A stretch of 64,000 nt of DNA from Verrucomicrobiia bacterium. GTDB taxonomy: Bacteria > Verrucomicrobiota > Verrucomicrobiia > CAIQCK01. The stretch lies in the NCBI GenBank assembly GCA_041651735.1, contig JBAZIR010000001.1, forward strand, positions 799 to 64,798, read 5' to 3'. The notes under the pieces are model-generated. The model saw only the letters and a program-made list of their open reading frames with translations. It did not search any database and was not told where the DNA came from. Position 1 is the first letter of the stretch. Each line of letters starts with the position of its first letter. Made by a program: the position numbers and the translations under genes. This document shows, piece by piece, positions 36,828 to 46,556 of the stretch.

Positions 36828-37919
36828 ATGAATCGCAGCGGCTTCAAACTTCAGCGGGACGTGGAACGGCGACACGGCGCCATCCTGATCGTCGTGCTCT
36901 GGGTCGTCCTGCTGCTGTCGTTGATGGTCAGCACGTTTGCCTTTACGATGCACATTGAGACGCGGCTGACGAGCTATCACGACCGCGAGTTGAAGGCAAA
37001 AGCGCTGGCCATGGCGGGCATCGAGTTCGAGAAGGCGCTGCTGGCGGCGAAAGTCAACAAGGCCGGGCAAATCAACAGCTCTGATGGTTCGGTGCGCCAG
37101 TTCTCCTCGACCACCGCCGATTACTATTCGGAGCCGTGGCATAACAACCCCGACCTGATCGATCGTGCGATCACGGGCACCGTGGAGGATGGCACTTTTA
37201 CCGTGCAAGTGGTGGACGAACAGTCCAAGTTAAACGCAAATGCCATCACGCCGGAACAGTGGAAGATATTGTTGCAGATCAGCGGTGTGGACCTCGAAAC
37301 CTCCAACATGATTGTTGACTCCATCGGCGATTGGATAGACACAAATAGCTCAAACAAACTTAATGGAGCCGAAGACGATTATTATATGGGGTTGTCGTCC
37401 GACCAAGGCGGGCCGTATCATTGCAAGAACGCGTCACTGGACAGGATTGAAGAACTGCTGCTGATTCGAGGCATGACACCGGACATTTTCTATGGTCATT
37501 TGGGACAATCGCGCGGCGAGACAACCTACACGGGTCTCGCACAGTTCCTGACCACCATGCCGTTTATCAAGGTCAACGTGAACACCGCCTCCAGCCAGGT
37601 GCTCCAATGCATGCCCGGCGTCACCGCTCAGATGGCCGAGCAACTCATCCGCTACCGGCAGGGCGACGACGGCATCGACGGCACCGATGATGACAAGCCG
37701 CTTCTGGAGGTGGGCGCGATCGCGAACGTCTGGAGCGGCACCATGTCGCGCAACGCGATGCGCGCACTGGCCAACTCTCTGGGCGTCTCAAGCTCCTACT
37801 TCACCATCTATTCCACCGGCACCGTCGGCAGCGTCCGCCGAATGATTGTGGTGACCCTCTTCCGCAACACTGAAGGGAGCTTCCAGACCATCAGTTGGAA
37901 CGAACTGACGCCGCGCTGA
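36828..37919 (+). CDS. minor pseudopilin GspK-like
   Basis: RHGAILIVVLWVVLLLSLM anchor without the Phe+1/Glu5 motif, and KVNVNTASSQVLQCMPGV...QLIRYR HhH-like segment typical of GspK. Confidence 0.7.
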   Translation: MNRSGFKLQRDVERRHGAILIVVLWVVLLLSLMVSTFAFTMHIETRLTSYHDRELKAKALAMAGIEFEKALLAAKVNKAGQINSSDGSVRQFSSTTADYYSEPWHNNPDLIDRAITGTVEDGTFTVQVVDEQSKLNANAITPEQWKILLQISGVDLETSNMIVDSIGDWIDTNSSNKLNGAEDDYYMGLSSDQGGPYHCKNASLDRIEELLLIRGMTPDIFYGHLGQSRGETTYTGLAQFLTTMPFIKVNVNTASSQVLQCMPGVTAQMAEQLIRYRQGDDGIDGTDDDKPLLEVGAIANVWSGTMSRNAMRALANSLGVSSSYFTIYSTGTVGSVRRMIVVTLFRNTEGSFQTISWNELTPR

Positions 37920-37928
37920 TACGCACCG

Positions 37929-39413
37929 ATGAAATCGAAAACTCCCCATCGTCTTGGCATCGCGTTCGGTTCCGCGGGGCTTGACGTTGCCGAAGTGGCG
38001 TATGACGGCGGGCAGTTGCGCGTTGTGCGCTGTGAGACGTTTGCCGCGCCAGCGGCGGCGGCCAACGGCGGCAAGGCCGCAACGGCCGGCCCAGTCTGGC
38101 CGGTCGAGAAGCTCAAACCGTTCCGGCCGGCAGCGGCACGAGGCGTGCCGGTGTGCGTCGGCTTGCGATCGGCGGACGTGTTCTGCCGGCTTGTGACACT
38201 GCCGACGGCCGCCGAGACTGAGCTGCGGCCGATGTTGGAGATGCAATTGGAGAACCTGTCGCCGCTGCCGACGGAGCAGGTGGTGTTCGGCTTCGAGGTT
38301 ATTCGCAAGACGGAGAAACAATCGGATTTGTTGGTGGCCATCGCGCGGCGCGAGGCGGTGGTGGAGCGGCTCGAACAGCTCCGCGAGGCGGGCTTTGCCG
38401 TCGAGACGCTCGACCTTGACGCGCTGGCGTTGCTGGGTTTCCTCGGACATGAGAAACCCTTGCGCGACAGGGAACTTGCGGCGCTGGCGCTGGTGATTCT
38501 GGAAGGCGACTCGGCGACACTGCTGCTGGTGCACGAGGGTCAGCCGCACTCGATCATGGCGGTGCCGTTGGGCAGCGACGTGTCGGTGTCCGATGCGGCC
38601 ACGCAGATCGCTGGCGCGCTTCATTTGGCGCAAACCGCTGTGCAGGCGTCGCAGCCCACGGCGGCCTGGCCGGTGGTGCGCCTGTTGCAACGCTCGGCCG
38701 AAGGCACGCTGGGGGCCCGGCTGAACCTGCCAACTCTCGGTGCTGCGTTAGCCGAACGGCTCGGGACCCCATGCGAACCGCTGGACTTGAGCGAGCGACA
38801 ACGCGTGGGTTTGGGCGCGGTCGGCCTTTGTGTGCGTGCCGGGTCAGGCCGGGCACGCATGAACCTCGTGCCCGCCGAGTATCAGGCGGAGCGCCACCGC
38901 CTTGCGCGGAAACGGCAACTCAGGCTGGCAGGGATTGCGCTGGGAGCGCTTTACGGTTTGCTTATCGTGGCTGCGGTGGCTGGCTTCGCTTATCAGTTCA
39001 ATCAGCTGGGTGGACTGGAAGAGAAGGCCGACGGCCTGAAATCCCCCTACGAACGCGCCAGCGCTTTGCAAGCCGACCTGCGCGTGTTGCAGGAATACGT
39101 CAGCAATCGCAGCGTGCCGCTGGAGATTCTCGCCGAGTTGCAGAAGCTCAAGCCGGACGCGGTGTGTCTGACGGAGTTTCATTTTACCGATGGCGAGCAG
39201 GCGGGACTGAGTGGTTACGCCTCGTCAGCCTCGGTCGTCAGCGAGTTCGAGGCGAAGCTGCAAAAATCGCCCTATTTCCCCGGCGGGACGGTGCTCTCGC
39301 CGCTGACGAACCAGAAAATGGCCGGCAACGTGGTGGTGCGGTTCACCATCCAGTGCAAGATCAAGAAGTCGGCGAAACACGAGACGCCGGGCGGACGCCG
39401 GCGTCCGCGGTAA
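37929..39413 (+). CDS. GspL/PilM-like assembly protein fused to a PilN-like membrane segment
   Basis: Position after gspK. Actin-like N-terminal region, central TM LAGIALGALYGLLIVAAVAGFAY, periplasmic C-terminal domain. Assignment is by context and topology only. Confidence 0.5.
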   Translation: MKSKTPHRLGIAFGSAGLDVAEVAYDGGQLRVVRCETFAAPAAAANGGKAATAGPVWPVEKLKPFRPAAARGVPVCVGLRSADVFCRLVTLPTAAETELRPMLEMQLENLSPLPTEQVVFGFEVIRKTEKQSDLLVAIARREAVVERLEQLREAGFAVETLDLDALALLGFLGHEKPLRDRELAALALVILEGDSATLLLVHEGQPHSIMAVPLGSDVSVSDAATQIAGALHLAQTAVQASQPTAAWPVVRLLQRSAEGTLGARLNLPTLGAALAERLGTPCEPLDLSERQRVGLGAVGLCVRAGSGRARMNLVPAEYQAERHRLARKRQLRLAGIALGALYGLLIVAAVAGFAYQFNQLGGLEEKADGLKSPYERASALQADLRVLQEYVSNRSVPLEILAELQKLKPDAVCLTEFHFTDGEQAGLSGYASSASVVSEFEAKLQKSPYFPGGTVLSPLTNQKMAGNVVVRFTIQCKIKKSAKHETPGGRRRPR

Positions 39414-39432
39414 CACACAAACACAGAGAACC

Positions 39433-40038
39433 ATGGCGCTTTCTCAACGAGAAAAAATCCTGGCCGGCGCGTCGGCGGCGGTGGTGTTCGTGTGCCTGAA
39501 TTGGTTCGCGGTCGGCCCGGCCATGGATACCTGGCAGGAGACCCAGGAGAAACTCTCTCAGACCCGGCAGAGGATCAAAGACTACGAGGCTGCGCTGGCG
39601 ATGGAGCCGCAGTGGCAGACCCAACTCCGCGAGTTGCGGACGCGCCTGAAACGGAGCGATCCCGGCCAGAGCGGCGCCGACGTCATTACGCGCATCGAAG
39701 GAGTCGGCAGCCAGTTGGGTTTCAACTTCAACCAGCGCGCGCCGTCGGCGCCGGTGGATCGCGATCGCTATACCGAGAAGTCGGCGACGTTCACGTTCCA
39801 GGGCCAGTGGCCCGGTCTGGTCAGGTTCCTGTTTGCGCTGACCAAGCAGCCGGAGATCTACCGCGTCACCACGCTGCGGTTGCGCGCGGAGACCCGGGAT
39901 CCGAACCAGCTTGCCGGCGACATGACCATCGTGACTTATTACCTGACCGGCAACGAATCCAACGCCACGCGAAAGAAACCCGTGGACACTTCAGGGCCAG
40001 AGCGACAGGATAAACCCGTCAACGACGCGGAAAAATGA
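39433..40038 (+). CDS. GspM/PilO-like bitopic protein
   Basis: N-terminal TM GASAAVVFVCLNWFAV followed by a coiled-coil, plus position in the cluster. Confidence 0.45.
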   Translation: MALSQREKILAGASAAVVFVCLNWFAVGPAMDTWQETQEKLSQTRQRIKDYEAALAMEPQWQTQLRELRTRLKRSDPGQSGADVITRIEGVGSQLGFNFNQRAPSAPVDRDRYTEKSATFTFQGQWPGLVRFLFALTKQPEIYRVTTLRLRAETRDPNQLAGDMTIVTYYLTGNESNATRKKPVDTSGPERQDKPVNDAEK

Positions 40039-40949
40039 TCATGGCGGCCCCGGTGAAACAACAACGTAGAAACTCGACCGCGACGCAACGGTTGGCGACC
40101 GTCGGGTGCGGGCTGCTTGTTGCGTATGCGGCTGCCTCGTCGGCGCAGACCAACGTCCCGGTGGCTGCGGCGTCATCGGCCAGTGCTGCTCCCGCCGCCG
40201 CACGGCAAACCAACGCCGTCAGCCAGGTTGCGATCGCGCCGCCTGCCACGAACACCGTTTCACTGGTTGACACGATCCAGGCTGATCCGGCTTTTCAATC
40301 CTACACCAACCTGCTTGAACACTCGCTCTTCGTGCCGGCTTCCGAAATCGGTGGCGGCAGCGGCGGCGCTGGCGATCTCGGCCCGACCTTCGCCGGCGGT
40401 TTGCGGGTGACCGGGTTCTGGAAACACGGCGACGTCATCGAGGCCAGTCTCGAAGATCGTAACGAGCCGGACAAGAAGATGTTCGTCAAGATGGGCGATA
40501 TGATTGCGGACACGGAGATCAAAGTCGTCGGCTTTGATCTGCGCGGCCGCGCGGTGTTGCTGAAAAAAGGTGACGAAGAAGGCCGGCTCGAATACGAAAG
40601 CGAAGCCATGGCGGCGCCCACGACCGGGAAACCCGGCGCACCGGGAATGCCCGCCGCGCCTGGCCAGCCGGGCTCGGCGATGATGCAACGGCCCGGTATG
40701 CCGCCAACGCCGCCGCAACCCGGCATGCCCCCCGGTTCTCGAACCGGCGCCTTCCCTTCCAGGACTCCGCCGCAGGCTGTCACCGCCGGTGGTTCCGGCG
40801 ATTCGAACCGGCAAGTGTCGCGTAAAGAACAGCGCGAGCAAACCATCACGCGATTGCGGCAGATGATGCAAAGCACCGCCGACCCGGCGGCGAAGCAGCG
40901 GTTGCAGAATTACATCCAGATGCTGGAGAAGGCCAACTCCCAGGAGTAG
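40035..40949 (+). CDS. secreted Pro-rich protein of the T2SS cluster (GspC/PilP-like role possible)
   Basis: ATGA-coupled to the upstream gene. Signal/anchor CGLLVAYAAASSAQT and KPGAPGMPAAPGQPG...PGMPPTPPQPGMPPG tract. No family recognised. Confidence 0.45.
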   Translation: MIMAAPVKQQRRNSTATQRLATVGCGLLVAYAAASSAQTNVPVAAASSASAAPAAARQTNAVSQVAIAPPATNTVSLVDTIQADPAFQSYTNLLEHSLFVPASEIGGGSGGAGDLGPTFAGGLRVTGFWKHGDVIEASLEDRNEPDKKMFVKMGDMIADTEIKVVGFDLRGRAVLLKKGDEEGRLEYESEAMAAPTTGKPGAPGMPAAPGQPGSAMMQRPGMPPTPPQPGMPPGSRTGAFPSRTPPQAVTAGGSGDSNRQVSRKEQREQTITRLRQMMQSTADPAAKQRLQNYIQMLEKANSQE

Positions 40950-41065
40950 GCTGGTGTCACCCAACAAAATCGGAAAATGAAAACGAAACAACACGCTCGG
41001 AACCTGGCAGATCAGCCGGCAGTCTCCGGCCGCGTTGCCGCTTTAACTGAGGGAGAAGTCTGGTC

Positions 41066-43765
41066 ATGAAAACAGGGCTGTTAGTAGCGCTCGCGTTCCT
41101 GTGCGCCGTCAGCGCTCGGGCGCAGCAGACTCCGAACGCGGACGCCGCCAAGGCGACGATCCGCATCCGCGCCAGCGACCTGATGCGGCAGTCTTCCCAA
41201 GGCAGCAATACGGTTGTGGTCGCCGCTGCGCCGCTGGCCGCGTCCCCGGCTGCGTCCTCGCGGCCAACCGCTGCCGGCGCGCCGCCGCCGGGTCCGGCTC
41301 CCGTTCCGGGAACTCCGCCTCCGCCGCCGGGTCCGGCGCCCGTCACAGCGCCGCCGCGCGCGCCCATGGCCGCTCCGGCCCCAGCCGTTGTCGAGCCGGC
41401 TCCCAAGCAGACGTTCCACCAAAGCACCCTCACCGGCGACGAGCCGATTGAGTTCGACTGGATGAACGCCGACCTCTCACAGGTGCTCGCCAAATACAGC
41501 GAGCTGACCCGTCGCAGCGCCATTATGCAGCAGGGCTTGCAGGGCATGATCACCTTCCGCTCCTCTGGCCCCCTCAGCGTCGAGGAAGCCATCGGCGCGC
41601 TCGAGAGCGTCCTGCTCGTGAACGGCTATGCCATCGTCCCGATGGGCGAGAAGTTTTTCAAGGTGGTGCCGTCACCCTACGGCCCGCAGGAAGGGTTGCC
41701 GGTCTTCACCGAGGACGCGAAGATGCAGCAGTTCGACCGGTTGGTGGCGCAGGTGGTGCGCGTCAAGTTCCTCGACCCTACCGACGTGGCGCGCGCGTTG
41801 GGCGGCAGCGGCACCACCGGCGCGCCCATCATGCAGGGCGCTCCGCAAGCGGCCGGCGGCGGCGCCAGCGGCCGCGTCTTCATGCATCCCTACGGCCAGA
41901 TCATTCCGTTGCCGCGCTCCAGCGCCTTGTTGTTGATTGACACCGCGCTGAACGTCTCGCGCCTGAAGCAGATCATCGAATACATGGATACCACCAGCGA
42001 GACGAAGATGGAGACGCGCGTTTATGTCCTGGAGAACGCCGACGCCGTTGCCGTTTATGGTATTCTCCAGCAATTGATTGCCGCCGACCAAGGCACCGGC
42101 GCGTCGGGGGGGCAGACGGGCCAGATTGTGGGGAACATGCCCGCCGGGGGATTTTCCATAGGCCGCAGCCGGCCCAGTGTCACCTCCATCGAGGAGAGTG
42201 TCATCATGGGCCGCGTTCTCATCAACTACGACCTGCGCACCAACGCCCTCATCCTCATTACGCAGGAGGTGAACTTCGCGTTCTTCGAAAAGATCCTCAA
42301 GGCGCTCGACGTGAAAACCAACCAGGATTTCAAGACGCGCGTCTTCTTCCTCAACTACGCCGACGCCACAGACATGGCCAACATGCTCTACCAGTTGGTC
42401 CAGGGCGCCGAGCCAACGGCCGTGGGCGGGCGAGCGAGTGGAACAACCACCTCGCCTTATAGCAGTCGCACCGGCACGACCGGAACCAGCGGGCGCTCCA
42501 CAGGCTTGGGAGGCAGCACCAGCAGCTCACGCGGCAACACCACCGGGTCGCGCAGCAGCAGCAGTGGCAGCCGCTCCGGCTCCAGTTCCCGAACCAGCAG
42601 TTCGCGGAACACCTCCACCTCGCGGGCCGCGACCGCCGGACGGTCCACGACCCCTTCCGTGCCGGGAGCGACGGGCGCAGCCGCCGGCGCCAACGTGCCG
42701 CAGCAATTGATCGAGATCATCCCCGACGTGCGCAACAACGCGCTGGTCGTCTTCGCGCCAGAGCAGGATCTGGAATCCCTCACCGATGTCATCAAGCAAC
42801 TCGATGTTTTCCCGCCGCAGGTGGCCATCGATGTGGTTGTGGCCGAGGTGAGTCTGGACAAGGATACTACGGTCGGCGTCGATCTGTTCCAGAAAGCGGT
42901 GACCAGCCCTTCACGGGCGGGGGCCGGCATCTCCACGCCGGACGGCGGCGGCATTCCATCCACGAACACCCTTTCGCGGTTGATTGATCCGCGCACCATC
43001 ACCAGCCCGCAGGCTTTGGCAGGCGCCGGCTTGACGGGTGGGTTGACCTACTTTGCGAGCTTCTTCGGCGGCGATCTGCGTGCCGTCATCAGCGCGTTGG
43101 CAGAGAACAGCACCTTCAAGGTGCTTCAGACGCCGCATCTTTACACCTCCAACAACCAGACTGCGCGCATATTCGTCGGCGAGTCGCGCCCCGTCGTCAC
43201 CTCCACGGTGAGCGACTCGGCCGGCAGCGGCATCGCTTCGCGGTCAAACTATGACAATGTGGACATTGGCGTCGGTCTGGAGGTCACGCCGTTGATCAAC
43301 CCGGATGGCGTTGTCACGTTCAACATCTACCAAACGGTGGACGACGTGAAAACCTATACGGTTATTGATGGCAACCAGGTGCCGGTCATAAGCCGCCGCG
43401 AAGCCGAAGCGGTGGCGGTGACCTGTAAGGATGGGCAAATCATCATCCTCGGCGGGTTGACCTCCACCGTCCGCAAGCAAATAATCAACCAGGTGCCGAT
43501 CGTTGGCGATATCCCGTTGCTGGGCTACCTCTTCAAGAAGACGGAGTGGATTGATGCGAAGACCGAACTGGTGTTCTTCCTGCGTCCCAAGGTGATCCGC
43601 ACCGTCGAAGAGGCGCAGCGCTACACTTGGGGTCGCATTGAGAAGAGCAAGGATCTGCGCACCATGCCGCTCCGCGACGGCGAAGGCTATAGCCCGGTGC
43701 AGGACAAGCTCCACATGGAGAAACTCAAGGCCATTGACCGTTTCGACAAGACCGACAAGTTCTAG
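41066..43765 (+). CDS. gspD: type II secretion secretin GspD with Pro/Ala-rich N-terminal and Ser/Thr/Arg/Gly-rich internal inserts
   Basis: Signal peptide, N-domains, secretin core ...VPIVGDIPLLGYLFKK..ELVFFLRPKVI, 899 aa. Confidence 0.9.
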   Translation: MKTGLLVALAFLCAVSARAQQTPNADAAKATIRIRASDLMRQSSQGSNTVVVAAAPLAASPAASSRPTAAGAPPPGPAPVPGTPPPPPGPAPVTAPPRAPMAAPAPAVVEPAPKQTFHQSTLTGDEPIEFDWMNADLSQVLAKYSELTRRSAIMQQGLQGMITFRSSGPLSVEEAIGALESVLLVNGYAIVPMGEKFFKVVPSPYGPQEGLPVFTEDAKMQQFDRLVAQVVRVKFLDPTDVARALGGSGTTGAPIMQGAPQAAGGGASGRVFMHPYGQIIPLPRSSALLLIDTALNVSRLKQIIEYMDTTSETKMETRVYVLENADAVAVYGILQQLIAADQGTGASGGQTGQIVGNMPAGGFSIGRSRPSVTSIEESVIMGRVLINYDLRTNALILITQEVNFAFFEKILKALDVKTNQDFKTRVFFLNYADATDMANMLYQLVQGAEPTAVGGRASGTTTSPYSSRTGTTGTSGRSTGLGGSTSSSRGNTTGSRSSSSGSRSGSSSRTSSSRNTSTSRAATAGRSTTPSVPGATGAAAGANVPQQLIEIIPDVRNNALVVFAPEQDLESLTDVIKQLDVFPPQVAIDVVVAEVSLDKDTTVGVDLFQKAVTSPSRAGAGISTPDGGGIPSTNTLSRLIDPRTITSPQALAGAGLTGGLTYFASFFGGDLRAVISALAENSTFKVLQTPHLYTSNNQTARIFVGESRPVVTSTVSDSAGSGIASRSNYDNVDIGVGLEVTPLINPDGVVTFNIYQTVDDVKTYTVIDGNQVPVISRREAEAVAVTCKDGQIIILGGLTSTVRKQIINQVPIVGDIPLLGYLFKKTEWIDAKTELVFFLRPKVIRTVEEAQRYTWGRIEKSKDLRTMPLRDGEGYSPVQDKLHMEKLKAIDRFDKTDKF

Positions 43766-43865
43766 TATAAAAACCTTCCGGCACGGCGGAGCCGGGGCCC
43801 AACACGAATTGGAATGGTCCGCTGCCACCGCGTGAGGGATGTTGCGAGCAACAGGGAACGAAGCC

Positions 43866-45578
43866 ATGCAGACGCCGACAGAAACGCCGGATGATTCGAG
43901 TGTCGCGAAACCCGCGACGTTCGATCTGCTGGAGGGTTTCACCTCCGAGCAGGCGGCATTGCTTTCTTCCAAGCTCACGACCCTCTCCATCAAGGCACGT
44001 GGCCTGTTCATCCACGCCGGTGAACCCGGCGACTGTCTTTACATTATCCGCAAGGGTGAGGCTGAAGTGTGCGTGGCGTCGCCCGATGGCAGCGGCGGTC
44101 GGAAAGTGCTCGCCCGGCTCGGCCCCGGCCACGTGGTCGGCGAGATGGCGCTGCTGAATCGCGAGCCGCGCAACGCCGACGTCATCGCCACCACCGATTG
44201 CGAACTGGACCGGCTGTCGGCGGTGGATTTCGAATCGCTCTGCGGCCGGGTGCCCGTGCTGAAAATGGTCCTGACGCGGCTGGTGGCGCATCGGTTGAGC
44301 TGGTCCGGCAGCGACGTTCTGGCGCGGCGCATCGGCTCCTACACCGTGATCGCCCCGATCGGTGAAGGCGGCATGGCATGGGTCTATCGCGCCATTTGCA
44401 ACACCGTTCCGGCGGACGATCCGGAGCGCCGCGTGGTGGCGCTGAAGATGCTTCCTCATTCACTCGTAACCCGCCCCGGTTTCCTTGAACAGTTCCGCCA
44501 GGAAGCCAACGTCATGACCGGCCTGCGGCACGAGAACATCGTCTCACTCTACGAAACCATTGAGATATACGGCACCATGTTCCTCGTGCTGGAATACGTC
44601 CAGGGCCGCAGTCTGCGCGACTGGGTGGGGAGCCAGGGCAGGCTTTCCCCGGATGAAGTATGGAGCATCGCCTGCAGCATCACGCAGGCTTTGTGCGCAG
44701 CTCATGCCCGCGGTGTCATTCACCGCGACGTGAAGCCGGACAACATCATGTTGCGCCAGGATGGCGTTGTGAAACTCATGGACTTCGGCATCGCCGTGCC
44801 CCTCAAAGGTCCCACGGTGGACCTCGGCGGCGTGGCCATTTCACCCCGTTACGGCGCCCCGGAGATTTTCGCCGGCGAACGCGGCGACCCGGCCGCCGAT
44901 TTCTACAATCTGGGGATCATGCTCTACGAAATGGTCACCGGCCGTTCGCCGTTTACGGCTGACTCCTACGAGGAATGGGCGGAAGCGCATCAGACGATCG
45001 CGCCGCCGCCGCTGCAACAGTATTGTCCCGGTCTGCGATCGGACTTGGAGGCGTTGATTAACGCGGCGTTGATCAAAAATCCTGCCGAGCGCTGGCAAGC
45101 CATTGCGCCGCTGTTGGACCGGCTGTCGGTCAAGACGGTGGTACAGGCCCCGGCGCCGTTGGCCGGGGCGCAGCCGCATATTTGCACGACGAAAGACGGC
45201 AGCCGTATCGCAACCGCCGGACCGTCGCGGGCGATGATGGCGTTCTGGGTCCGGTTCCCCGGCGAGCCGAAAGAGCGCGCGTTCCTGATGACCAAGCCGC
45301 TCGTCATCGGGCGCGATACGCCGGCCGATATCCTGATTGCCGACATGATGGTGTCGCGCCGACATGCTGAATTCTCCGTCACACCCCAGGGCCTGCACGT
45401 GCGCGACCTCGATTCCAGCAACGGTTTGTTCGTCAACGGGGAACAGGTCACGGAAGCGGATCTGCACCAGGGCGACCAACTGCGCATCGGCTCCACCCTG
45501 CTCACCTTCGAGCGGGAGAGTGCCACTGGCATCCACTTCAGCGTCGCCCCGTGCGTGAATCTCCCGGCTGGCGATTAG
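43866..45578 (+). CDS. cyclic-nucleotide-binding / Ser-Thr protein kinase / FHA three-domain protein
   Basis: CAP_ED motif (GEMALLNREPRNADV), Hanks kinase motifs (GEGGMAWVY, VALK, HRDVKPDNIM, DFGIA), C-terminal FHA (VIGRD...VSRRHAEF...DLDSSNGLFVNG). Confidence 0.85.
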   Translation: MQTPTETPDDSSVAKPATFDLLEGFTSEQAALLSSKLTTLSIKARGLFIHAGEPGDCLYIIRKGEAEVCVASPDGSGGRKVLARLGPGHVVGEMALLNREPRNADVIATTDCELDRLSAVDFESLCGRVPVLKMVLTRLVAHRLSWSGSDVLARRIGSYTVIAPIGEGGMAWVYRAICNTVPADDPERRVVALKMLPHSLVTRPGFLEQFRQEANVMTGLRHENIVSLYETIEIYGTMFLVLEYVQGRSLRDWVGSQGRLSPDEVWSIACSITQALCAAHARGVIHRDVKPDNIMLRQDGVVKLMDFGIAVPLKGPTVDLGGVAISPRYGAPEIFAGERGDPAADFYNLGIMLYEMVTGRSPFTADSYEEWAEAHQTIAPPPLQQYCPGLRSDLEALINAALIKNPAERWQAIAPLLDRLSVKTVVQAPAPLAGAQPHICTTKDGSRIATAGPSRAMMAFWVRFPGEPKERAFLMTKPLVIGRDTPADILIADMMVSRRHAEFSVTPQGLHVRDLDSSNGLFVNGEQVTEADLHQGDQLRIGSTLLTFERESATGIHFSVAPCVNLPAGD

Positions 45579-46465
45579 GGAGGCGTCAGCGGATCGGCCA
45601 CGCCCGGAAGCGTTGCCGTGAACTTCCTCAGATACTTCAGCGCAACCGCGAAATCCTTCGGCAATGGCGCCACCAGTTCCAGCCGTTGGCCGGTGGTTGG
45701 ATGTGTCACCGCCAACCGCTCCGCGTGCAGCGCCAGCCGGCCCAGCAACGGGCGTTCCGCCGTCTCCGAGTGCAGCTTGTAGCCGGGCTTGAGCTGCGAC
45801 AGGTACAACGCGCTCCGCTCGCCCTCACCGTAAACCTTGTCGCAAAGGATCGGATACCCCGCGTGCCGCAGGTGCACGCGAATCTGGTGCGTCCGCCCCG
45901 TCTCCGGCTCGCAGGCCACCAGCGTGCAACTCAGGAAAGGCATGCTCTCCCGCTGCCCGCGCAACGCCCGCAGCCGGAACCGCTCCAGCACCCGAAACCG
46001 CGTCAGCGTCTGCTTGCCGCCGTGGCGGAGCTCGATCTGCAGCCACGGCCGCGCTGGATGGGGGCCGAGCTTCAGTTCCACTTCGAAGGCATCTTCCGCC
46101 GGCTCGCCTTCCACCAACGCCACGTAGGATTTGCCGACGGTCCGGTCGTTGAATTGTTTCGACAGCTCGCGCAGCGCGTCGTGCGTTTTCGCCAGCAGCA
46201 ACACGCCGCTCGTGTCCGCATCAAGCCGGTGGACGTTGGCGAGCATGCTCAGGCCGCGCTCGCGCACCCATGCCGCGCCGGTGTCGAGCGCGCGCCGGAC
46301 ACCGGACATGAGGTTTGGTTTCTCCGGATCATAAGTGTCGGGCGAAATCATCAACCCGCTGGGCTTGTCCACCGCCATCAGCGCGTCGTCTTCGTAGAGC
46401 ACCGGCAGTTCCACCGACACACCGGGCGCCAGTGGCAATCGAAAGCTGTTCATCAAGTTACTCAT
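45575..46465 (-). CDS. RluA-family pseudouridine synthase
   Basis: HRLDADTSGVLLLAKT catalytic motif. Its stop codon overlaps the kinase stop by 2 nt (convergent). Confidence 0.85.
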   Translation of the reverse strand: MSNLMNSFRLPLAPGVSVELPVLYEDDALMAVDKPSGLMISPDTYDPEKPNLMSGVRRALDTGAAWVRERGLSMLANVHRLDADTSGVLLLAKTHDALRELSKQFNDRTVGKSYVALVEGEPAEDAFEVELKLGPHPARPWLQIELRHGGKQTLTRFRVLERFRLRALRGQRESMPFLSCTLVACEPETGRTHQIRVHLRHAGYPILCDKVYGEGERSALYLSQLKPGYKLHSETAERPLLGRLALHAERLAVTHPTTGQRLELVAPLPKDFAVALKYLRKFTATLPGVADPLTPP

Positions 46466-46556
46466 CGCACATCACACGTCCATCTTGCAGTCACAAAACC
46501 ATTGTCCTAGATTCTCCCGTCCACGTTATGAAACAAAACAGGAACGAGCAAGACGT

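Noticed and set aside
42440-42680. Nucleotide-level repeat in gspD treated as a non-coding tandem repeat
   Set aside because: It is an in-frame low-complexity Ser/Thr/Arg/Gly coding segment with no exact repeating unit and keeps the gspD frame. It is reported as a protein feature instead.
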